Part shown: positions 54,324 through 62,166 of the stretch, in pieces
How positions within the stretch are numbered: position 1 is the first letter of the stretch
Layout: each line of letters begins with the position of its first letter
From: an uncultured Verrucomicrobiae bacterium
GTDB lineage: Bacteria > Verrucomicrobiota > Verrucomicrobiia > Chthoniobacterales > Chthoniobacteraceae
DNA length: 64,000 nucleotides
NCBI GenBank assembly: GCA_963828525.1
Contig: CAWHEP010000008.1
Coordinates: 96,001-160,000, forward strand
Reading direction: 5' to 3'
The notes under the pieces: model-generated
What the model was told of the DNA's origin: nothing
What the model saw: only the letters and a program-made list of their open reading frames with translations
Database searches by the model: none
Program-made: the position numbers and the translations under genes

Positions 54324-54911
54324 ATGTCTGATGCCCCGATCGAGATCGAGCGGTGCATCACCTTTGCTCGCGATGGCGACGAGAGCGCCTCTAGAGAGTT
54401 GATCACCCACCTTTATCCCTTGGTTCACAAGATGGTTTGCTCACACCTTCCAAAGCGCGCGGATATTGATGATCTATGCCAGGCCATCTTTGTGAAGGTG
54501 TTCCGCAACCTCTCGCAGTATTCCGGCAAAGTACCCATCGAGCATTGGGTTTCGCGGATCGCCGTCAATACGTGCTTGAATCAGTTGCGATCCGAAAAAG
54601 CGCGACCTGAACTTCGCTATGCGGACTTGTCGGAACAGCAGCTCGCCGTGGTCGAGAATCTGAACTCCACGGAAGAGAGCGAGACTTGCGCGACGGGCTC
54701 AGAGGCAAAGGAGCTTCTTGAGACGCTCCTGCAATGCCTTGCCCCAGCGGAAAGGATGCTGATACAGCTGCTGCATCTCGAGGAGAAATCCGTATCCGAG
54801 ATAAGTTCACTCACAGGCTGGAGCCGGCCGTTGGTAAAGGTACGCGCGTTTCGGGCGCGTCAGAAGCTAAAGAAGAAGCTGGCATCACTCCAAAGAAAGG
54901 AACGGACATGA
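54324..54911 (+). CDS. ECF RNA polymerase sigma factor
   Basis: DDLCQAIFVKVF..L, WVSRIAVNTCLN, region 4 SVSEIS..TGWS..VKVRAFRAR. Confidence 0.93.
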   Translation: MSDAPIEIERCITFARDGDESASRELITHLYPLVHKMVCSHLPKRADIDDLCQAIFVKVFRNLSQYSGKVPIEHWVSRIAVNTCLNQLRSEKARPELRYADLSEQQLAVVENLNSTEESETCATGSEAKELLETLLQCLAPAERMLIQLLHLEEKSVSEISSLTGWSRPLVKVRAFRARQKLKKKLASLQRKERT

Positions 54912-55213
54912 ACTCGCCCGACCATCAACTGCATCGCTTGCTGAGCGCGGCGCGGCGGGGTATGACAGCCCTGCCAGCCGAGGAGCCGTTCGGCTTCAGC
55001 GGGCGCGTTCTCGCTATTGCGAGGGCGTCCGGAGGCGCGGAAATCAGTTCATACCGACTGATTATGCGCGCGCTCGGAGTCGCGTTCGCTGTCGCGATTC
55101 TCAGCGTGGGATCCAGCTACACCGGCATCCGGGATTTCCTTGACGCAAAATCGACTCCTGCGAGTGAGGCGCGGTTTGCGGATTCCGCGATCTCCCTGGC
55201 GATCACGCGCTGA
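54908..55213 (+). CDS. Putative single-TM anti-sigma factor
   Basis: MNSPDHQLHRLLSAAR..PFGFSGRVLA plus one TM; ATGA overlap with the sigma stop. Confidence 0.7.
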   Translation: MNSPDHQLHRLLSAARRGMTALPAEEPFGFSGRVLAIARASGGAEISSYRLIMRALGVAFAVAILSVGSSYTGIRDFLDAKSTPASEARFADSAISLAITR

Positions 55214-55725
55214 TGAAAAGATGGCCCATCCTTGCCTCGCTGGCGGCGGCTTTCCTCCTGGGGGGAGTGACCGGAGGGGCCCTTTGTTTGCGCTTTACGC
55301 ATCCGCTGTTTGGGCCGCCTCCGCAGGCGGAGATGCGCGCGCGGATGCTGAGGCGGCTTGTGTCGGAACTCGACCTGTCTGAGGAGCAGTCCAGCAAGGT
55401 GCGCCCAATCGTTGACTCGATAGGCAGCAGCCTCGAATCCATCCACAAAGAGGCTTCCGCGAAGGTTTTGAAGGTATTCGACGACGCGGACGCCCAGATG
55501 AGTCGCGCGCTGAGCGAAGACCAGAAAAAGAAGCTGCTGTCTTTGCAGCGAGAACTGCGCGCTCGTCTAGAAGATCGCCCGCCACCGCCGCCGCGACATG
55601 GCCATTTTAGCGAGGGTCCTCCGCCGGATGGACCACCCCCTGAAGGACCCCCGCCGGATCGTCCACCCCCTCCAGACGGCCCCTACCGCTTCGGGCCACC
55701 GCCGCCTCCGCCTGGAGAACGATAA
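55213..55725 (+). CDS. Periplasmic Spy/CpxP-like helical protein with Pro-rich tail
   Basis: TM/signal, LDLSEEQ and LSEDQ (LTxxQ-like) motifs, GPPP[DE] repeats. Confidence 0.7.
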   Translation: MKRWPILASLAAAFLLGGVTGGALCLRFTHPLFGPPPQAEMRARMLRRLVSELDLSEEQSSKVRPIVDSIGSSLESIHKEASAKVLKVFDDADAQMSRALSEDQKKKLLSLQRELRARLEDRPPPPPRHGHFSEGPPPDGPPPEGPPPDRPPPPDGPYRFGPPPPPPGER

Positions 55726-56130
55726 CCACTGTGACTGTGCAGCGGGAACGCGCCGCACGAAAGCAGCTGAAAGGGGTTCATAGCTTGCTATACGTGTATA
55801 GAGGCAGAGTCTGATGAGATGCTTGCCATCCGACTTGAAGTATTCGTGCCGCTCAGTTGCGCGGAAAGACCTGTTCGCCTCTCGACGGCGTCAAACCCCT
55901 GATCAAAGCGGTCGGCGACGTCCGTGTAACAGCCCACTCCTTGACTCAGGCAGACCAGCCAGAGGCAAAGGAAGGCCCAGATCAGACGGCGTGGCATCGG
56001 TTAAGATTATTCCCGGTTCGAAGATGTCCGCAATCGCGTTCTTCGGGTCGGCGGGAAATTCGCTGAGGAATCTCAGCGCTTGGCCGCGACTATGTTCTTC
56101 CGCATTCTGGAGTCACATAGCCTGATCGGA

Positions 56131-56208
56131 CGCGTTTCTGACCCGGTTCACAGCGGGATTCGATCTGGGGCTGGAAAACGAATCCTGCGAGGCTGACGGG
56201 ACAGCACT
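56131..56208. repeat. Degenerate direct repeat A (family with 58700..58775 and 58950..59003)
   Basis: CGCGTTTCTGA..GGTTC..AGCGGGATT..GGCT..AC.AAT..GCGAGG.T.ACGGG.ACAGCACT shared with B; internal dyad GCGGGATTCG/CGAATCCTGC. Confidence 0.75.
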
Positions 56209-56269
56209 CAGAGGGGGCTCGCCAGCGAAACCTCTCTATTCCCTTAAGCCGCCTCGGCGGGACTTTGTG

Positions 56270-56449
56270 TTGATACGTCAGCACCCAAGCATGCGCCCGC
56301 CACCAGGTCTTCGCGCGCGTAAGCCTCTCCGACGGTCGTTAAAACAGCCGCCGATCCCCATCGGACTAGAAAATAGATTCTCGCAGGGTTCCGCGCGCCA
56401 TCACATGATAAAACGCGCCTGGATACGCGATTCGAATGCTCCTCGCCAT
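56270..56449 (-). pseudogene. REP-associated tyrosine (Y1/IS200-like) transposase remnant
   Basis: Manual translation MARSIRIAYPGAFYHVMARGTLRESIF*SDGDRRLF...GEAYAR..WRAHAWVL with stops and frameshifts; upstream GGGGTCAGGCTGCATC (complement of 56489-56504). Confidence 0.8.
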
Positions 56450-56594
56450 ACCCATCCAATGTGACCGAGTCTTCGAGGCGTGTCCAAAGATGCAGCCTGA
56501 CCCCTAGAATCGCGCTCGGCAGCAAAAAGCATGACGGCTTTTGTCGGCATGTCTTTTTGCTCCATGGCGGGGGCGGATGGTTCTTGCGTCGCGT

Positions 56595-56730
56595 CGCTGA
56601 CAACCCCCCGCTCAATGCCTGCGCCAATACGATGACATCGCTCGCACAACCGCGGTGACATCCGCTCGCACAGGCTTGCGACATCAACGCTGACAACCCT
56701 CGCACACGGCTGCGACAACGTTGCGCCAAA
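56595..56730. repeat. Degenerate tandem array, 12 units with 11-12 bp period
   Basis: Cores such as TGACA/CGACA/GCACA/CGCCA, with CA at 56601, 56613, 56625, 56636, 56647, 56659, 56671, 56682, 56694, 56705, 56716, 56727. Confidence 0.65.
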
Positions 56731-56857
56731 AGTTCCTAACCCATCGTTAGGGGTAAGGCGTCCGTTCTCAAAAAGGCCATGCCCCTTGCGTGGCTACCGC
56801 GGGTTTCCACTCCTCGACCACACTTTCCAACTTCCCGCCGGGGGTTTGTGATCTAAC

Positions 56858-57228
56858 CTACTTCGACGCTTCCGCTAACAGTTTGCTGGGGGCAAGGAAC
56901 TCTTCGTGGTCTTCCTGAAACGACATGATTCCGCCCACAATGAACCCCTCCCAGCCGGAACCAACAAGCCGATACACCCTGTTGCCTGGCTCTATCAATT
57001 CATCCGGCTTGCTGGCCTGCTTCTCCAAATACTGCGGCTCTGCCTCCTCAATCCTTATCCCGTCGAACCATGCTCTAACTTCCATCGCTCGCACGTCTTG
57101 AAACAGGATGTCCAAGCGCGTCGGAACCTTGGGGTCTTTCTGCTCCGGAGAAGCAGCAAGCCATGACTTGCTGCATAACTGAAGATCACCAAGCTCCTAT
57201 CGGACTCGAATAGCGGCGTCGGGTTCAT
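56858..57228 (-). CDS. Putative cognate immunity protein (frameshift near 57130)
   Basis: ATGA overlap with the Rhs stop; MNPTPLFESDRSLVIFSYAASHGLLLLRSRK joined to (L)DILFQDVRAMEVRAWFDGIRIEE...GWEGFIVGG. Confidence 0.72.
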
Positions 57229-58673
57229 TGTGCGAATGGATTCAAGAGCAGCTTGCCATTTTGGTAGAAGTTCACCTGGGGCAGTCGCCCAGCCCCTTGG
57301 AGTTGTTTCAATTCCCACCCGGTGTTCGACCCGCTCCCCATTTCGTTGAGTATCATTTCCTCGGTCGTGTCACCATAGAAGCCAGCCATGTTGACGTGGA
57401 AGGTCGTGGTCGGATTCTGCACATGCGACATCAATACATTCTGCCACTCGGATTCTGGGACATCCAAAAGGTGCTGCGCACCAATGTCCGAAGCAAACGT
57501 ACGCAGTCCTCCCATGCGAGAACCGAGCGCGATGTTAGCTCCCGTCTCTGCGGCAACAATAGGAGGCTCAGTCTCCGTGAAACCAAGGGCTAGCGGCAAT
57601 AACAAGGACGCGGTGTTTTGAACGGCTTGTGTCAGCGCCGTGTTGCGATACCACCCGGCCTTCTCGAAGGGGCTGCGATACCCGCTAACCGTGTGTGCGA
57701 GGTCATTAAAAGCAGAATCCTCGACGTTATAGGAGGTCAGATTCGAGCGGATCCCGGTGTCGGCCACAGCCGCCAATTTCAGCGCGCCTGACGCTGTGTC
57801 GTAAAAGGTGTTCTCTGCGATATCAAGGGTGTAACCGGTGTCAGCTTTAGCATGGTTAAGCGCCGCCTTCCCGAGCCGCCCATCCGGATCGAGGCTGTTC
57901 ACAGGATCGCCGTTGGCATAGTCGTATAGTGACATGCTCGCCTCGAATCCCAGCGGATCGGGCGAAACAAACCTTTCCGCGATTGAGTCATAATACCTCG
58001 CGCCCATGTAATGAAACCCGGTCGGATCCATGCGCTTTGTGCGCCACGCAAGCGTCTGCCATGGCGCGAACCCCGATGTGCCATCGAGCGTCGGCAGGCT
58101 GTAGCCGGGCATCACGCCGTAACTGCTGAGCGGCACATTCCAATTTACTGAACCCGCCGCAAGACCCGCCACCACGTTGCCGAAATAGTCGCTTATCACC
58201 GGCGTCATGTTCCCGCCTCCCTCGTCCACCGTCGCCTCGAGCCCGCCCGTGCCCTGCAACCCGCCATACACCCCGCTTAGATCAGGGCTGTAGACGCTCC
58301 ATGTCCGCGCCCCGTTTACCGACACGCCAAGCTCCAGGAACTGAATCGCTCTCTCCCGTGAGTCTAGCCTTGCGGATTCGCCTTCGGTGAATCTACCCGA
58401 GTCGCGCCCCGCGACTACGTGTTCAACCTGCGGTTCAGGATGACTGTCGATCCAGACGCTCAGCGCCAGGGAGCCGTATGAGCAGCGGATCTTTGTGGAC
58501 CGCCCAGCGTCGCCATAATGCCCGAAAACCGTTCCACCCGCAAGAAGCAGGAACGCGGTGACAAAGGCGGCCAGTGCGCGAAGGTTCAACAGCGTTGCAG
58601 CATGACAAACCCAAGAAGAGGCGGCGAGGGAAAACCCTTTCATCTTTACTAAAGAGGTCAACGCGCTCCACAA
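57225..58673 (-). CDS. Orphan RHS repeat-associated core protein with C-terminal toxin domain
   Basis: FLELGVSVNG..TW..Y.PDL.G.YGGLQGTGGLEA, ISDYFGNV, TGFHYMGARYYD...RFVSPDPLG...LYDYANGDPVNSLDPDGR, then a variable tip ending TGWELKQL...FYQNGKLLLNPF. No long YD-repeat shell. Confidence 0.88.
   Translation of the reverse strand: MWSALTSLVKMKGFSLAASSWVCHAATLLNLRALAAFVTAFLLLAGGTVFGHYGDAGRSTKIRCSYGSLALSVWIDSHPEPQVEHVVAGRDSGRFTEGESARLDSRERAIQFLELGVSVNGARTWSVYSPDLSGVYGGLQGTGGLEATVDEGGGNMTPVISDYFGNVVAGLAAGSVNWNVPLSSYGVMPGYSLPTLDGTSGFAPWQTLAWRTKRMDPTGFHYMGARYYDSIAERFVSPDPLGFEASMSLYDYANGDPVNSLDPDGRLGKAALNHAKADTGYTLDIAENTFYDTASGALKLAAVADTGIRSNLTSYNVEDSAFNDLAHTVSGYRSPFEKAGWYRNTALTQAVQNTASLLLPLALGFTETEPPIVAAETGANIALGSRMGGLRTFASDIGAQHLLDVPESEWQNVLMSHVQNPTTTFHVNMAGFYGDTTEEMILNEMGSGSNTGWELKQLQGAGRLPQVNFYQNGKLLLNPFAQ
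58341..58421. repeat. 81-bp palindromic (REP/MITE-like) in-frame insertion in the Rhs gene
   Basis: Two hairpins GATTCGCC-TTC-GGTGAATC and AGTCGCG-CCC-CGCGACT, each starting with GTAG on the minus strand; splits PQVE|FLELG. Confidence 0.5.
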
Positions 58674-58699
58674 TAAAGCAGAACATATCCGAGGAGAGT

Positions 58700-58775
58700 C
58701 GCGTTTCTGAGCGGGTTCGAAGCGGGATTAGGTAGGCTAAAAGACAAATGTCGCGAGGTTAACGGGGACAGCACT
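58700..58775. repeat. Degenerate direct repeat B
   Basis: About 58 of 79 aligned positions match repeat A by hand count. Confidence 0.75.
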
Positions 58776-58949
58776 GGTTGGGGCGGGCCCGTGTGCTGAA
58801 GCGTTCGGAATGGAAAGGAGCAAGCCGCAGTCAGGCGGCCTCTGTAGCTCAGAGGCTCTTTTCGGCGCATATCCTCCTCATGGGCGCGTTTGCGGCCCTA
58901 TGGTATGCGTTTGCTCGGAATGCCCCGCCTGCTCGGCAAACTACAGTTT

Positions 58950-59003
58950 GGACTCGATTTTGGGCTAAAAAACGGATCCCGCGAGGTTGATGGGGACAAC
59001 AAT
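58950..59003. repeat. Degenerate direct repeat C
   Basis: About 42 of 54 positions match repeat A (56156-56208) by hand count. Confidence 0.75.
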
Positions 59004-59555
59004 GGAGTCCGTATAGGTAAAAGCCGCGTCGTAACGCGCGGGTGGCGTGTTGTTTTGGAACGCTACAAACCCGCCCAATCCTTTCTTTGCCAACGGCACG
59101 ATGCTGTCGCAAACCAGATTCCACGCAACCCCGTCCTCCGACTGGTATCCAAAAAATTCATTGCCTTTGCGCACGAGCTTGAAAAACGCCCCAGCGGTCT
59201 CGCCAATCGGTGGATTCTGATCTGCCCCAACGGGACGCGAAGAAAATTGCGCTTTGCCATCGGGCCCGATAAACAACGCCGCGTATTTGGATCCCGCAGC
59301 CGACGAGTCACGAAACATTACACCTGCGACACCGGAACTGACGGACGGAGTCGCCGGAGGTTCAACGCGCTCGGACACGACCCCATCTCCGCTTAGCGGA
59401 CGCGACAGAAAGGCTAGCGAATCGCCAGCGCCTCCAAAGCCAAGCGGATTTCCCACCCGGCCGTCCACTAAATTATGCCGATGACTTGCTTTGTTACCTG
59501 TCTGTAACGCGTTCGTCACAGAACCCATTGCAATCAGCCTGCAGCCAGCGATCAA
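58965..59555 (-). pseudogene. Fragment of a secreted protein with a ConA-like (DUF1349-type) domain
   Basis: GDSLAFLSRPLSGDG...AGVMFRDS..AGSKYA...KLVRKGNEFFGYQSEDGVAW; no credible start or signal peptide. Confidence 0.6.
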
Positions 59556-60006
59556 TCCAGACCCGTCTGCTCAAAATCGTGACGTGCCGCCGCAACAATG
59601 TAAAGTCGGAGGTCCACGTGGAGGTTCGTACACATTTCGCTCGCCTGGAGCCGGCGGATCCCTCCGCCTCCGTGCAGGAGACGCCTCAGCGCCACCGTAC
59701 GCCCTCTCTCCTTCATTCTTCCCACATAATAATCTGGCGGCACCATTCACCTCATAACCCCATGTGCCGTTAACGGTCGAAAGCATTTTCCGCCCAGCCA
59801 AACACACCGGGCTGTCTGAGACGGCATGGAGAACGTGGCGGTTCGCATTCGGAGCTTTAAGGTTAAGAAGCCTTGCTGGTCCTTCTTCAGCTTCTCACTC
59901 CCCCACTCCCAATCTCGCGCGGCGGGGCATTACCGTCTGACCATCCCTTGATTAATGAATCCGCTCTGTCATTGTCTGGCAGAATGTTTTCAGGGAGTCG
60001 TGACGG

Positions 60007-60849
60007 ATGATCGGACTGAAGGAATCCGATGATTACGCGCCGATGGCGTGGATTGGGCGCTACCCTCTTTATTCAGCCGGGATTCTCGCGCTGATCCATG
60101 TTGCGGTGATGGTGTTGCTGGTGCTTGTCCCGCCCGTGACGCGCGTCAGCCTTCTCAGCGGGATGGCCTTCCATAGCGACGCGTTTCAGCGCCTGCATTT
60201 CTGGCAGTTTGGCACGTACACCTTCATCAATTTTCCAACGTTGTGGTTCGTGCTGGATATGTTCATGCTGGTGTGGTTCGGGCAGGAAGTGGAAAAGTTC
60301 ATTGGCCGGCGCGGCTTCCTGGCGCTCTATGGCGTTCTCTTGATTTTGCCGCCTTGCCTGCTCTCCGCAGTGGGCTTCTGGAGGGAAGCGATTCTAATGG
60401 GTCCGCGTTACCTGCACTTCGCGGTGTTCCTTGCTTTTGTCGCGCTTTATCCCGGGGTGCAGTTCTTCTTCGGCATACCGGCGAAATGGCTCGCGTGGAT
60501 CTTCCTTGCGATTTATACGCTTGATGGGCTTTCCAGCCGTGATTTCATTGACCTCCTCGCTCTCTGGTCAAGCGCCTCTGCCGCTTTTCTTTACGTTGAC
60601 TATTCCCGTGGATTTCCGAGTTTTGACAGCCTCCGAAACCGGTCTCCTGGGAAAAAAGCGGAGTCGCCAAGCAGACCTCCGAGGGCAAGAAAGCCTCAGG
60701 GGCAGGTTGTTCTGGAATCGATAGACCCGCTGCTGGATAAAATCGCGAAAAGTGGGCTTTCGAGCTTGTCTGCCAGCGAGCGGGAGAAGCTCGAACGGGC
60801 AAGCGCGGCGCTAAAAAGGGGGGAGTCAAAGAACAACGATGAAAGTTGA
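60007..60849 (+). CDS. Rhomboid-family membrane protein with C-terminal helical domain (DUF6576-like)
   Basis: WQFGTYTF, MFMLVWFGQEVE..IG, FFFGIPAKW, IDPLLDKIAKSGLSSLSASEREKL. Confidence 0.82.
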   Translation: MIGLKESDDYAPMAWIGRYPLYSAGILALIHVAVMVLLVLVPPVTRVSLLSGMAFHSDAFQRLHFWQFGTYTFINFPTLWFVLDMFMLVWFGQEVEKFIGRRGFLALYGVLLILPPCLLSAVGFWREAILMGPRYLHFAVFLAFVALYPGVQFFFGIPAKWLAWIFLAIYTLDGLSSRDFIDLLALWSSASAAFLYVDYSRGFPSFDSLRNRSPGKKAESPSRPPRARKPQGQVVLESIDPLLDKIAKSGLSSLSASEREKLERASAALKRGESKNNDES

Positions 60850-61660
60850 TTTCGGCGGCACGCGCAGCGGCAGCGTTCCGGGCGTTGAGGAACCTGTAAA
60901 CGAACTCCGCAAGATCGTCGCCCAGCTCCGCGCCCCCGGGGGTTGCCCTTGGGATCGGGAGCAGACGCACAGCGCGCTGCGGCGCGATCTCATCGAAGAA
61001 GCCTACGAGGTCGTCAATGCCATTGACCGGGAGGACGATGCAAATCTCCGCGAGGAATTGGGCGATCTCCTGCTACAGGTGGTGATGCACAGCCAAATTG
61101 CTGCCGAGGACGGACGTTTCGTATTTGATGATGTGGCCCGCGGCATCTCAGAAAAGTTGATTCGCCGGCATCCCCACGTATTTGGAGAAAAACGACTGGA
61201 TGGAGTGGAAGAGGTTCTGACTCAGTGGGACGAGATCAAACGGCGGGAAAAGGGGGCAGCGGCCGCCCGGCTGCTTGAGGATGCTCCGGCATTGCCAGCC
61301 GCGATGCGCGCGCAAAAGGTGCAGGTTCGCGCCGCGCGAACGGGTTTTGACTGGGCAGACATCGGAAGCGTTCTGAGCAAAGTACGCGAGGAACTGATTG
61401 AGGTTGAGGCCGAACTGGATAATCCGAGTAGGCTTCAAGAGGAAATTGGTGATCTCCTCTTTTCCGTGGTGAATCTGTCGCGGAAGGCAGGCGTTGACGC
61501 TGAACTGGCCTTACAGGACTCCACCTCCAAATTCATCCGGCGTTTCCATCGGATGGAGGATACCGCCAAAGTTCGCAAAGAAGATTTCTCCTCATTGGAC
61601 GCGGGAGAAATGAACGCGCTCTGGGAACAGGTAAAGAGTGACGAGCGAGCCCCAGGATGA
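60839..61660 (+). CDS. mazG: Nucleoside triphosphate pyrophosphohydrolase
   Basis: LRAPGGCPWDREQTH, EEAYEV, EELGDLLLQV, KLIRRHPHVF, GFDW, EEIGDLLF. Confidence 0.96.
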   Translation: MKVDFGGTRSGSVPGVEEPVNELRKIVAQLRAPGGCPWDREQTHSALRRDLIEEAYEVVNAIDREDDANLREELGDLLLQVVMHSQIAAEDGRFVFDDVARGISEKLIRRHPHVFGEKRLDGVEEVLTQWDEIKRREKGAAAARLLEDAPALPAAMRAQKVQVRAARTGFDWADIGSVLSKVREELIEVEAELDNPSRLQEEIGDLLFSVVNLSRKAGVDAELALQDSTSKFIRRFHRMEDTAKVRKEDFSSLDAGEMNALWEQVKSDERAPG

Positions 61661-62129
61661 TTGTATAAAAACGATGAGTCTTACCCCCGCCGATGTGCTG
61701 CGCTCGGCGCGCTTCAACTTCGACCTCCAGGCAACGACGTATCGGCCCGCCATCGAGGAGCTGGTGGCATCCGCCGATGGTGATAACCGAATCGTTGATG
61801 AGTCAGGTCTGCGCCGGGACATCTTGCTGCGGGAGGACGAATGCTCCACCGCCCTGGCGTCGGGTGTCTCTTTTCCACATGCCAGAACCGCATGTGTGTC
61901 GGATATCGTCCTTGCAATCGGCCGGAGCAAAGCGGGCATAGTCACAAAGGAAAACACGACCATCCACCTTCTCTTCCTGATCGGCACTCCCAAGACAAAA
62001 ATCCAGGAATACTTGATGGTTGTCGGATTCCTGGCGAGGAATGTACGGCAACCCGAAGTCTATAGAGCCCTCTACGGGTCGGAGAGCCGCGAGGCGTTCC
62101 TTGCCGGACTTGGTTTGACGGGGAAATGA
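61638..62129 (+). CDS. PTS IIA domain protein (PtsN-like)
   Basis: LLRE..STALASGVSFPHAR (phospho-His), AIGRS..GI, HLLFLIG. Confidence 0.88.
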   Translation: MTSEPQDDCIKTMSLTPADVLRSARFNFDLQATTYRPAIEELVASADGDNRIVDESGLRRDILLREDECSTALASGVSFPHARTACVSDIVLAIGRSKAGIVTKENTTIHLLFLIGTPKTKIQEYLMVVGFLARNVRQPEVYRALYGSESREAFLAGLGLTGK

Positions 62130-62166
62130 GAGGCACACCCGCCCGCCTTGGAACCGGCTTCACGAA

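Noticed and set aside
55755..55822. Type II hammerhead-like order: GAAA, a good stem III, UH, then CTGATGA with a partial stem II
   Set aside because: Stem I cannot form and stem II needs a bulge. An Infernal/Rfam search would be decisive, but by eye it fails the core geometry.
56595..56730. CRISPR-like array
   Set aside because: Units are 11-12 bp with no unique spacers and no cas genes. Kept as a phased tandem array instead.
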